A program made the translations under genes and the position numbers. This document shows, piece after piece, positions 1 through 13,738 of a stretch of DNA of 64,000 nucleotides. Below the pieces are notes generated by a model. The model was not told where the DNA came from. It ran no database searches and saw nothing but the letters and a program-made list of their open reading frames with translations. Position 1 is the first letter of the stretch; each line of letters starts with the position of its first letter. Source of the stretch: Trichinella spiralis (taxonomy: Eukaryota); contig NW_003526945.1 of NCBI RefSeq assembly GCF_000181795.1, forward strand, positions 2,191,848 to 2,255,847, in the 5' to 3' direction.

Positions 1-1666
1 TAAACTATTGCTGCGATTGAAATCTACATTGCTCTTAATGAATAAAATTAATGCGCATTATTAAATACTCTATTCAGTGATTCGAGAAACTTTTTAAGAA
101 CTGAATTTGAATAATTAAATTTCATTTTGGTTATTTAATACTTACTTTTCAAATGTCACAAGAACTCTACTATACCAAGGCCAGCATAACTGTACTGCAG
201 ATCAGTTAACTCCAGTAGCAACTATCAGACTAAGAAATCTGATTCTAAGCTAACAAGCAGTAGTTAGCGAACATGATGAACTAAACCGGGAACAATGTTA
301 TGCCAATTAGAAAGTCTTTTTTGTATTAGTAGAATGACGAAAAATTTTATGAAGTACATGGATCAAGACAAGCATTATTAAAACGAATGAAGAATTTCTA
401 TGTTGATTGTTAAGATTAATAAGAGAAGGTTTTGTATTTGAAAAAAATTCCTTTCAATTTTCAAAATTTTGCATTCAAACATTTAAAATTCCCAACTTTT
501 TCATTAAAATATTTTATGTATTTTTTATGAACTTTCGTAAGCTGTGTTGCCAAACAGCCGCCCACATTTGACCACTAGTAGGCAATCAATCATTAGTCAG
601 ACTTTAAATTATTCATTAAAGCAAATTTTATAAATAAATTGAACAAAAATTGCTTTTTGTTACTACTTTTGATATTCTGTTGTTGTTGTTGTTATTTTGA
701 AATGAAAGCAATCAATAAATTTATTAATGAGAAGCGAACAATGATTATTCATTGCTTGGAATACGACAGCGAAAACTGGTTTGCTTCTTCTGCTTATTAA
801 CTAGTTAGCCTGCATTGAGTGTGCTAGTCTATATCTGCTGAACGATCGCTGCTCTTCAATTTCTGCAATTTTATTGTTTATTCAAACCGAGCGTACTTTT
901 CGCAGAGTTGAAGAACAATTTGATAGATAAATCATGATTTTTGTCGATTTGCTTTATATAAATTGTTGTTTTCATATCTATCCACGATGCTTATAATGAT
1001 AAACATCAATTTAAAAAAATTATAATTCATTTGATCAGTTTCGCGTGTGTATCAGTTTAGATGAATCATATTCATGTCTTTTTTATTGTATTAAAAATAT
1101 AAGAATGAAAGATATTTGTTTATGTTTTTATTTCCATAATTGACGTATCATAAAATGCAATAAGGAATCCGCCGCAAAATCTGTTTCTAATATCCGTCTG
1201 CTATATAAATTGAGAGGGAGAGAGAGAGAAAGAGATAATTAATTTATAAAATAATGATCGAATATGCGATGTAGAAAGCACGCATCACCGAAACCTAAAA
1301 GCGCCAAAAGCCTATGACAGAGGTCGCAGGCGAGCACTAAATTGCACGCTGGCCCAATATGATAATAATTGTAATAATGTAAGCACTCATTTATAAAAAA
1401 TGATTAAGCTGGTTTGTATCAACTGCGTAAGTAAGTATCAAATCATTTTTAACTGAATAATTGTGGGGTGTGTTAGCAAACGAGAAAATGAATACCATTA
1501 ATTGTGAAGAACCAAAGCCGTCGTATGCTATTTAAAATTCGAAAACTCCAATAATGGCAGTAAAATGAATAATATGATAGGATGATGGTGATGGTGGTGG
1601 GTGAAAAAAAATGGGAATAAATGTATGCAAGCGGCTTGTATATAGCGTGGACATGAAAGACGAAAT

Positions 1667-2943
<1,277 letters not shown>

Positions 2944-3049
2944 TCAAATCGCACAATGCAAATATGAAAAGTAGTAGTGTAAAATAGAGATAGAGAGAGA
3001 GAGAGAGAGAATTTGAGAGAGCGGCTAGCAACTCAGCAAATGCCCGTGA

Positions 3050-3086
3050 AACTGGCTTCAACTGACAATTGGTGGCTAATTTATAC
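3050..3086 (-). promoter_or_regulatory. Putative actin core promoter (TATA box plus initiator-like element)
   Basis: Minus strand reads GGGTATAAATTAG (TATAAA at 3085-3080), with TCAGTT/CCAGTT about 20-30 nt downstream and then a (TC)n 5' UTR tract before the ATG at 2922. Confidence 0.5.
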
Positions 3087-3462
3087 CCAACGCTAACTGG
3101 ATGGCAATTCTAGGAATTCAACGTCCTTGCTAACGCAGCAGCTGTCCACACAGCCGCTTATTCTTGTTTTCTTCTGCTCGTTTTCCAGGAATTGCCCTGC
3201 GCTAACATGCCAGCGCACCGGCTAATATTAGCGCGCCTAGCGCCGGCGTCCATTGAACCGTATGACACTAATATTTTCAAAATGAACAGCTTGATCGCAT
3301 CAGTGTAACACATGCTAACTACTTTTGCGTTCGGCAATTTTACACATGCTAATAATAATAATAGCAGTTGTTGCTTCATAAACTTCAACATTTCCATAAG
3401 AACACTTTGCATGTTACAAACGCCGTATAATAAAAATTACTAATAGACACATAATTGTCATG

Positions 3463-3466
<4 letters not shown>

Positions 3467-3526
<60 letters not shown>
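3467..3526. repeat. (AT)30 microsatellite
   Basis: Perfect AT run. Shorter (GA)n at about 2992-3010 and (AC)n at about 3606-3623 lie nearby. Confidence 0.95.
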
Positions 3527-3530
<4 letters not shown>

Positions 3531-6246
3531 CATTTTTTTAAATTTGTTCTTTTATTTTTAACATTCAAATTTCTTTTCTTTTATAAGCATAAAGTGTACA
3601 AATAAACACACACACACACACACGTTTTTTATTTCAATTATGATTAAAAATTTATCATTTATAAATATTAAATCATTAATATTATGTTTCATATTTTCTC
3701 TTGTTACATGTGTAATTGGTTAGATTTTTTAAATTACTTATTTAATCATATAATAACATTACCATTGCAAAGTTTAAAAATTCCCCTTTGTCTTGTATTC
3801 ACGCATTTCAAGGTGTAAACAATTTTTTCGTTAAAATTAAAAATTCTTATTTACAAAATTAATTCCATTTCTGAATTGTTAATGGGACTTGATCATAATT
3901 TGCGATGCATTGAATTGAAGCATTGAATAAATAAAATAAATTGCAATTGAACAAATAAAAGTTCAGCCACTGAATGTAGTTCAGTTACTTGACTATCATT
4001 TTTTGCATGTGCAAAAAATCTGAAGAGTATCATTTGAAAAAATTTTCAAAATTTGTGTAAAGGATTTTTTAATCGATAAAAACTAATGTATTTGCATGTC
4101 TATTAAAAAGAAAGTGTATGAAAGGTATGAGAAAGCAGTGGAACGCTACATTTCAAAGCGTCAATCAAGCGTGTCGAACTTTGCGCAGCTAGTAGCAATA
4201 CGAAACGTTTGTTGCAATTTTCGTACGTAGACGCTACTAAACACTTTCGACGACGAGAGAGTTAACATATGGCAAAACACAGCGTATATTTATAATTGGA
4301 TCTCTTGAATACTACTAATAAATACTTCTGAAGCATGCTAACTTCTCGGCATGCGGCATGTATGATTGAAACTAAGAAATCATTGAAGACAATACAACTC
4401 AAGCGTCAGCTTATTTTTCGAATCATATGCATAATAAATAATAAATAGTGTTCAACTTATGAACAGATTGTTATTCACTTTTATGCTAGCTAAACTTGTC
4501 AAAAGTTAGCATTATGCAAAATATGCAACATGTGACCATTGAATCGCCTACTTTTATCAAAATAGCAACTGCAACCGATTCATCCACACCCACGCACTGA
4601 TACAAATCAGTGAACAATTGATTTCGTATGTGTTTGTTGAATCTTTATCAAATATTGCAAATTTTCTTTCAGTAAACTTTCCTTGAAAATGCTACAGTAT
4701 TTTCAATTCAATTCAATTCAACTGCCTCGCAAAAATTATTACCAATAAATTATTTTTGAAAAGCACAATTGAAAATCATTATTTAAAAATTAAATCCCAT
4801 TTCTTTTAATATAATAACAATTTGAAGCATGCAATCTGCTTGTTCAAGTATTTTAAAAGTAGTAAAATAAAGATAAAACAAAAAAAATATGCATCATAAA
4901 ATGATGGTAATAATAGTAATAAAATTTAAGTGTTTAATTTCACAATTTACAATACTTCTTATTTCACTCAGTTCAACGTTTAAATTGGAATATTTCGATA
5001 AACAATTTCAAACTTAAAATGAGTATCAAATAATTTAATACTGATCGTCGGTTCGAAGCAAACCAGAGAAAAACAATTCCCCATCTGAATAATAAAGCTT
5101 TTCACTTTGATAAAAGCAAATATTGCACTCCCAGTAAACACTACTAAAGTATGAAATTCAAATTTGACATTATTTGCATAAAACTTGTACCTAATTGACC
5201 ACCTTGTAAATACAGTCTGTAGAACATTCTAGCTGTTAAACTGGAAAGCTAAAGTGTAGTCACAAATTAATCAGTGCTCTCAAAAGTACTTGATGTTGTT
5301 TTCAGCTTCAGTAGAAGCTCGAAATTCAAAATTTGTATATCTCGAATTATGACCGATGTCCATTATTTCAATTAATAAAATTGTTTCGCAATCCATTTCA
5401 CTGCATAAAATATTATATAACTGCGGCTTTTTCTAAAGTAAATATTTCACTCACTCAACACATTGTAGTGGTGCTTTAGTGAAGTTTTAAGTTAGAGAGA
5501 TTATGATTTGTTAACCCAACATTCATTGTGACATACTAATTTCCAGCTAACAAGTTACTGCAAATGAATCGTATTGCATTAAATTCTAATTTCTTAGAAG
5601 ACTAAAGATGATCCGTGCCAGTGATGTAAAAATAATCATAACAGAATAACATTAATACCTACCTAAACGTTTTCATGAATAGAACAAAACATGACCAACT
5701 AATGTGTAGATTGAATATAGTTCTTTTTGGTTAACGCGAAACATTGCTTCCTGTCCGAGCTATCAATTACTAAATTGACTTATTGAGTTACTAGTGAACT
5801 TTAGTGTCAAAAAACAACTTTCAAAATTTAACCTATAAAACTTTTCATCTTCTTCAATTTGAACTCATCAAAAAATTATTCTTCGTTTGATATTTCTGTA
5901 CACTAGCAGACTCTTTGCCTCTCCTAAACAAAAAAAACACCTCTTTTCTTTAAAAATTCAGCCAAAAATTCATACTGTAAAAAAATGCCGCTAATGGTTT
6001 CCCTTTTGCATAATGCGAATATGTTCAATTTCACATTTTTCAAATATGCAATCTTTCTTCTACCAGTTTACTGCAGCTCATGTTTACACGTATAAAGCTG
6101 AAATTATTATCGCCGTTTAGCAAACAAAAACATAACAAACATGAATCAAACACCGTTTCCAAGTGCCAAAAAAATTAAAATTAAAATGGCACCATCAGCA
6201 TTACGTGCAAAGCAAATACGCAGCAGAAAACACCGCCCTTGCATTA

Positions 6247-9200
6247 TTAACTCGACTCTTCTTCGTCCTCGTATTCGGTGAATTCAGACTCGTCCAACTG
6301 TTCTTCGTCTGTTTTCTCTTCTGAAAAATCCCACTGTGGATGTGTGAGAATTTCACAAGCTTCGTGCACTTTGAACTTAAAAAAATTATTATTTTTTAAT
6401 ACTATTAATCACAGAATTCACCGACTAGACAATCCGCTTACTTTCACATCTTTGAACTGACAGAAATCTACGTACGAGTCTGAACGCAGACACACTTGAT
6501 AAACATACTGGCCCGGCTTAATTGGAGCCGGAAATTTGATCTCTATCTATAAAAAAAGAAAGGCATGTATGCAGTTTTGCTGAAAAATAATACGAAAAAC
6601 GTGAAAACAAACCTCCTCTTCATTGACTAAAGTGGTGACGTGAATCGGAGGAGCAACGAGGAGACGCCTTTTACGATCGCAAACAAATATCCACCACCAT
6701 TCATATTTCTCATCACAAAAATACGGACAATGCACTGGATGTGTGACGTTCGACTTTGTTTCCAAAATTGCCCTCTCCTTTTTCAGATCCGGATCGTTGA
6801 GTAGATATTCTTCGTCTTCACTACCATCACCACTGTCCTGTTGTACACAAATTATTGAAATATTACATAATTTTTTGTCTTGAAAATTCTAATCAAACAC
6901 ATCAATCAAAACATCTCCTCCCCTTGTAATATTCAGCGAAACTAATATCTTAAACTGGAATATATATACGCACGAATTATTTATTATAACTTCGCAATAC
7001 GTTCGAAAAATTCGACCATCAAAACACAAACACCTCTTTTTATGATCACATGGTGAATATTTAAATAACAATTATAAGCTATACCAATTACAAGCACGTC
7101 GAATTGGTGCATTATATGCTTGAAGCAATACTACTATTTATTAAAATGTTAACCTGATATCATCATATAATTGAAAAAGAAAATTAACAATCTACTTGAA
7201 AAATTGATTCGAAATGAGGAAAAATATTAAGAAATTTTCAATCTTTCTGAAGCGCTTGTTTAAAGAGAAAAAATTAACACAAATATGATCTATAAAAAAT
7301 TTGTTACTTTAGCATTATCCGGTTTGTTCATCGAATCATCACTGTCGTTTCCAGAGCCTTCTACATCCAAATCAGCCTCATCTTGTTGTTTCTCCTACGA
7401 ACAACATTATGAAAAACCAAATCTTCTCCTCCAATAAAATTAATACCAATATTACAGGGACAATTTTAGCTGGTTCAGCAGTCTTTGGCAAAGGCTTTTT
7501 GATAGCTGGCTTCCGTTTGTTATTATTGGCGCATTTGGGCACATATTTCTTCTTCTTCTTTTTCACCTTTTCCCAAACTTTCCGCTTGGCCGTCGCCTCT
7601 TTTCCATCTACCAACGAACCGTTATCTTGTACAGAACTGTATCCATTTGAATCTTTTTCTGGCTGGAACCACGAAAACATTAACACACATTAGCACAAAG
7701 CATTAAACAAAAGAAACCAATAAATGAAAATGATCACATTTACATTTGAGGCACCCTCAGAATCTGTAGCAACGGAAACAGCCGACGACAGTTCTGCCGA
7801 TTTCCACTGCTGCAGCGTTGCCCGCTTGCCATGGTTGGTAGGCACATCCAACAATGGAGTTCTGCAAAGCTTCACAACACAAGTCACTAATGCACCGGCG
7901 GTAATTGTGTCCTTGTCATCATCGTCACGCACTGAAATAATAAAAATTAAATCAAAAAGAACAAACCAAATAATTTCAACACTCGAAATATCAATCAAAA
8001 TGTTCCCATGCCAATGTATTCACAGTTGCAAAATTTTCTCTCATTCATAGTTTCGTTTCAAAATTTAAAAATGATTATAAAACAACCATTTAATGATGAC
8101 AGAAAAAAATAATAAATAAATTATGTACAGATTTATTCATTCACATATATATGTATTTAATTCATTTCATGTGAATAACTAAAAAGAACATGTTCACTGT
8201 TTAAGATAGGCAATGCTCTCTCTTTTTATTCACTAATTACAAAAACTATAATAAAAAGTTGCTGAAAGAGAAACATTCGTCAGAAAATATGAGCAACATT
8301 TTAAAATACTTTCTGATAATGTTCACTTACCCACAAATTGGACGTTCATGTCAATGTTCGGCATGTTGCCAAGTACGGAGAGAACATCCTGATACTGGCG
8401 ATCTGACAGTGCTTTCAACAAGTTTCTCCTTTCCACATCTGGCAGAGCAGCTAGATCAGCACAATTTCTCACGTTTCGCTGAAAAAAAATTTAAAACATA
8501 TTTTTCATTTCAAATTGAAATTGCAAAAATGGTCATAATTTACACATTAGCAAACAATTTTACCTTCTTCGTAACGATGCTTCGGATAATTTCGTCCGAA
8601 AAATGAGGCAGTTGCATCAGCGGATGTTTGCTTTCCATCATCGCTTGGATGAACATTGGTCCCAGTTTCATCGTGTTGTCCAAACTTTCCAATGTTGGCA
8701 TTCTGGATACTAAAAACACAAATGCAGTGCAAAGTGATTGTTTTAAAACGAACTGCCTTAAAATAAAATTTTACTTCGGCCCATCAACGCCAAATTAACT
8801 AAATGCGCATGCACTTTTATCATTTCCTGAATAAGCAAAATGGACTTTTTTGCTATGTAATTCGCATCTAAAATACCCAAATCAGACGCGGATCAAAAGA
8901 TGATAAACCAAATCCTAACCCTGACGAAGGGTTTTCGGTGGAAGGGGTATTCGCTTCAGCTGGGCATAGATCAACGCTCTCGCTTTGACACTGTATGGAA
9001 AACAGAATGGTCGCTCTTTCTTCGTTTCGCCAAGATTTGGTAGAAGTTTTATCAGCTTAAATTTACAAAATAACCAGATAATTGAAATAAAACTTAATTT
9101 TGCTTATAAAATTCAAAGTTTTTCCCGTACATTTGGAACTTCCACATCGTCGCTGGGTCTTTCGATGATTTCACTGTTGCACACTTTGAAAAATTCATAA

Positions 9201-11400
9201 GAACCGGACAAAATAGTCAACAGACCTGAATAATTACATTCTCCCATTAAACAATTGTAATTACTTTTCAAATCAAACGCACGTTTCGGAACAAGATTTG
9301 GTGTTTTGTGAAGCATGTACTTGTACATCTGCCTAGTATCCAGTAAAACACAATCGGCACTGTATTTAATGGATCGGAACCACCAAGACCCCTGCAAATG
9401 AATCGCAATTGATTGAAATTTCACTTCAAATGTACACTTTGCATACCACCACCACTGGAAGCACAATCATAAACAAAAGAGCATAAATGCCAAGAACCCA
9501 AATGGCATATTCTTTGCTGATCAACCATGACGGAAGGGCTATACCAAAACGTAGCGCTGAAACAACAGAAATTGACATATACGCAATTTTAATCTTTTGA
9601 TAACTCAAAAATACCTCCAGGTCCATCAGGATTACCATATTCTTCGTAATTTCGTCTAGTATCTTCATCGGTCAATCTAAAGTGAAAGTAAAAACATACA
9701 AAATCACATCACTAAACAAAATATTATCAGCGTATGAAAACAAAAAATTTTCTGAAATATCAAACAAAGTTGAGATCATTAAAAAAAATTTACATAAAAA
9801 ATCATTACAATAAACTTAAAAATTCAATTTTTACATTTTAAATATTCCTTCTATATGTTAATTTGAATAATTAAAATTTAAGATGCGTCAACATTTCTGA
9901 AACATGCACGTCACAATTCTACTGCTGTTCAAAAAAAATAAACTGCATGCAAAGCAAAAAATAAAATGTCTATCATTATAAAATTAACTTATTTAGAGTA
10001 ATACTATAAAAACTCATTTCCCTGTAAACATGGCCTCAAAATTACATTACACAAAAATAAATCTCTAGCTTCATCTAAAAATTGCAGTAATAAGACGCAA
10101 CTAAACAGAACTATTGTAACAGTTGCCATACTGTAAATACTGCTTTCCCACTTTCCGCATTTAAAATTTTTATCGTTGCTTTTAGTACTGCAAATAAACT
10201 TGTCCAAGTGTTCAAAAATTGAGAAGCATCCAAGTCAACTGTCAAAAATGTTGAATACTGTAAACCAATAAACGTCACCCATTAATGAATTACACTTCGA
10301 TAATTTTACCTTAACGTTCTGCACCGAATGCAAAATTAACTTTTTAAAACAAAGTCCCATTTCATGTAATTATGCTATTACACTCTTTTCACCACTGCTC
10401 TTCTTGATGGAAAGTTATACATATTAATAAAAGTATCAAAGTATAAAATATTTTTCAAACCTATTTAAAAATGCAATAAACGCGTAAAACAAACACATTA
10501 AGTAAATATGTAAATATATTCAAAAATTAAAAATTGAATACATATGAATAAAAAATTAATAGTATGAAATATCTGTATTATAAAGTAAGATGTTGAAAAA
10601 CCAATTAATAAACTATAACAGTTACCAAAAAATTAAGCAAGATCAGCAAAGTCCTAAACGCAACCCAAAAATAAAAAGCAAAAATAACTAAAAATGGATA
10701 AAGTAAAACAAAAATTCATCAAACTGCATTCAGCCTAACATTCAAAAAGCTACCAAAAAAATAGATAAAAAAAATAAAACATTACGCTTGATATGCTTTC
10801 GCAATTGCCACAAAAACTTTTGAATCTCCCCCTCTGTCAGGATGATGTTCCATACTTAATTTTCGGTACTGCTTCTTGATTTCTGCAAGAGTTGCGCTCT
10901 AAAAAAGTGCAAATAAAACCGATATTCAATAAATAGACAAAATAATCAAATACAGAATCCAGGTTTAATATGGCATAAGGGTCATATTCAGCGCCTTCAA
11001 TTTCAATATTCACAGCTTTGTATATGATGCAGATTAATCCTACCCATCCGACAAGCAAATGACCCTTTCTAAAAAACAAAAATTGCAAAACTTTCTAATT
11101 TAAGGAAGTTAGAAATGGCATTACATGATTTTTCTCTTCAAATTTTTGTATGGTTCTTTTGAGCGACGTGCAGCTTCCTTTTGAATGCATGGTTCACATC
11201 TACACCTCTTCACATCAGAATTACGCTCTGAAACAGAGTTATGACGCATAAATAATATTCAAACAATAATAAGTACCTCGTTCTTTCTCTCGTGGCCAAA
11301 AATAATATGTTAAAGGCAAAAGTACAAACGCATAAAATGAAGCCAAAAAGTAGTAAAATGTACTACCACGTTCATCGTATTCAAATTGCTGCCCAGGCAT
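6247..11400 (-). CDS. SEC63: Translocation protein SEC63 (TM segments, J-domain, Sec63/Brl domain, acidic tail), multi-exon
   Basis: Starts MPGQQFEYDERGSTFYYFLASFYAFVLLPLTYYFWP. J-domain YDPYAILNLD...KLSMEHHPDRGGD has the HPD motif. YGNPDGPG and FGIALPSW, HCPYFCDEKYEWWWIFVCD and FPAPIKPGQYVYQVCLRSDSYVDF are Sec63 hallmarks. Acidic end ...EYEDEEESS* has its stop at 6249-6247. The junctions I checked are GT-AG and in frame. Confidence 0.96.
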
Positions 11401-12730
11401 GCTAAAATTAAAACATGAACATTAAAATGAAATATTACACTAACAAAAATACATTAGGTATGCCCGACACAAGGAAAAACTAGCTCATATTTTCATCAAA
11501 ACAAATAACTGACAACTAATTATAACAATATGTATAAGTAATAATTTTATTTTTTGAAATTTAAATATTATAAAAACAAACGATAAAATAAATAGATGCA
11601 GAACATTTCAATATTTAATTAATGACAAGTTACAACATTTACAAAACTATTAAATTGTTGTCAATGTAAGAATGGGCAGACCGTAATAAAAATCAGGTAC
11701 AATTTGGAAATAAAAGTTATGTTCAGAAAATTAAAAAAATATTTAAATAAAATATATTTAATATTATAAATAAAAATTAAAACAGCTAATTTTATCGTTA
11801 AGAATTATGCCATTTTCATTTTATTTTTGTTATTCATGACAACTATAACTGCTTTTTATTGTAGTAGTTTTACAACTTATACATATTCTTTAAAAATATG
11901 TTTACTATAAAAAACCAATTATTTTATTTAGTATGTTTTTTATAAATTACATTTATTTAATAAAACGATTTTTTTCAAAGTAGCTCTGTATTTTTGGTAC
12001 TGTAATGTAGGAGCATGAACATAAATAACTCATAAGCTACTATTTAATAAATTTGTTCAAGATAATTAATTTATATTTTATAGCTTTTTATTTATATTGC
12101 GCCTATTAATTTTATTAAAAAACGCCTTTAAATGTAAAAACACAAATGGAAGTACATGCCAGTATTGTTATAAATTAAAACAAATACGGAAATTAAAACT
12201 ATGTTCTAATAACATTATTAGAAAAAATAAGAAAAATTTACGATTTTATTTAAAGTAAAAATTAAGTTTGTTTTATAAAGATCGTGTATTTAATTATATT
12301 AATGTATATTTACATTAAAAATGCTTTAAGAAACAATATTTTTATTTTGTTCAATATATTTTTTAATTTACACAGCAGTACATGGCAAAACTACATGAAC
12401 TGCTTGAACTTGATTTTACTTTACTGTACTTTTTAAAATCACTCCTTATTACTTGCTTGATGAATTATGATTTTAGATTACCAGCTGTTGTATTCAAAAT
12501 TTGAATACTACATATCTTTTTTAATCAATTTTTAAAAAATGTAATTATACATTGATAAGAATGATCCAGATTTGACATGCTGCATTTCAGAAGCCCGAAT
12601 AAATGTTTACTCTACTCTAATAACTTATAATATCTAACACAGCGAGCACATATAAAATATAAAAAGTCAAATCCATATAAAAAATCAAATTCATATATTG
12701 TAACTAAACAAAGTTACTTCTTCCATGTTG

Positions 12731-13738
12731 TTAGGGCGGATGTGGATTCGGAACTTTTCCCGGCCAAGATTCTATTGGATACTTCTTCTTTTTCTCTTTC
12801 TCTCGACCGGATGACGAATCGTGTGCTGATTTAGAAGTCTCAGCAATACCCTCTTCAGCTTTCGAATCATATTTTGGATTAGGCAGAGTTCTTTCGTAAA
12901 GTTCCACTTCTGGAGCTATGTTAATGCGCAACGGATGTTTAGATCTGTTCAACCTTGAACTGCTCTCTCTGTTGGTTGTCTGCATTATTTTCTTAACTGG
13001 TTCTAAATTCTTTTCCATCGTTGTCTCAGGTTGTTCGTCCATATGCTGCTTTTTTCGCGGTATAACAGCAGTCTGAACTAAGTTTCGGAAACGGCCCACT
13101 TTTGGATCAACATCTTCTGGGTTGATAATCTCCTCTTCATCTACAAAAGAAACACATTTCGCCTTACGTTTACGATTCAACGGTTTCGGTGCGTCTTCCA
13201 TGATAATAGGCAATTGCCTATTCAACGCAGTATTATATTCAGTGAGAGCATCCAGGCCCACTTCATCGGTAGTGGATTCGCTTGCACTAATATCCATGGG
13301 CTCACCAAGTGATTGAGAACCTGTTTCAAATTTCTCTGAAGGAGGACGTAGATAGTATGCACGTGTTGAAGCGCCAAAATGAAATTCTTGATTAAATTCC
13401 ACATTTTGTGGTTGAAACGGCGACAAGCGTACTTTCCCAATAAATGTTCCATGAGAACTACCCAAATCGACGAGAAACCCACGCTTCAACACACTGTGGT
13501 ACATAACTACAGCATGGATTCGAGAGCAACTCGCGTGATCGATTACAATATCACACAGTTGTGGATTTCGACCAAAGTAGTAAGCCTTCTTTTCATCCAA
13601 CAGTAGTTTCTGAACTATGGTAGAATTCTTCGTAACATCCAAATGAGAACCCACCGGAAACTTTTCAGCCCAACCAGGTACTATATATTTTTCCGCGTCC
13701 ATTTCTGTCCCCTTTCGTACATTGATTAAAACATGCAT
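12731..13738 (-). CDS. PPP1R8: Nuclear inhibitor of PP1 (NIPP1): FHA domain plus PP1-binding motif; single-exon CDS; real start may be the ATG at 13702
   Basis: FHA core GRNPQLCDIVIDHASCSRIHA...DLGSSHGTF. NIPP1-specific block KCVSFVDEEEIINPEDVDPKVGRFRNLVQTAVIP and C-terminal KKKKYPIESWPGK. Confidence 0.93.
   Translation of the reverse strand: MHVLINVRKGTEMDAEKYIVPGWAEKFPVGSHLDVTKNSTIVQKLLLDEKKAYYFGRNPQLCDIVIDHASCSRIHAVVMYHSVLKRGFLVDLGSSHGTFIGKVRLSPFQPQNVEFNQEFHFGASTRAYYLRPPSEKFETGSQSLGEPMDISASESTTDEVGLDALTEYNTALNRQLPIIMEDAPKPLNRKRKAKCVSFVDEEEIINPEDVDPKVGRFRNLVQTAVIPRKKQHMDEQPETTMEKNLEPVKKIMQTTNRESSSRLNRSKHPLRINIAPEVELYERTLPNPKYDSKAEEGIAETSKSAHDSSSGREKEKKKKYPIESWPGKVPNPHPP

Noticed and set aside
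5040..5070. GGTTCGAA B-box-like motif
   Set aside because: No A-box or cloverleaf, so not a tRNA. Too short to call a SINE.
11400..12731. NIPP1 and SEC63 as a nematode operon
   Set aside because: Same strand, but 1.3 kb apart, and SEC63 appears to have its own initiator-like TCAGTT and 5' UTR intron. There is no spliced-leader evidence in the sequence.
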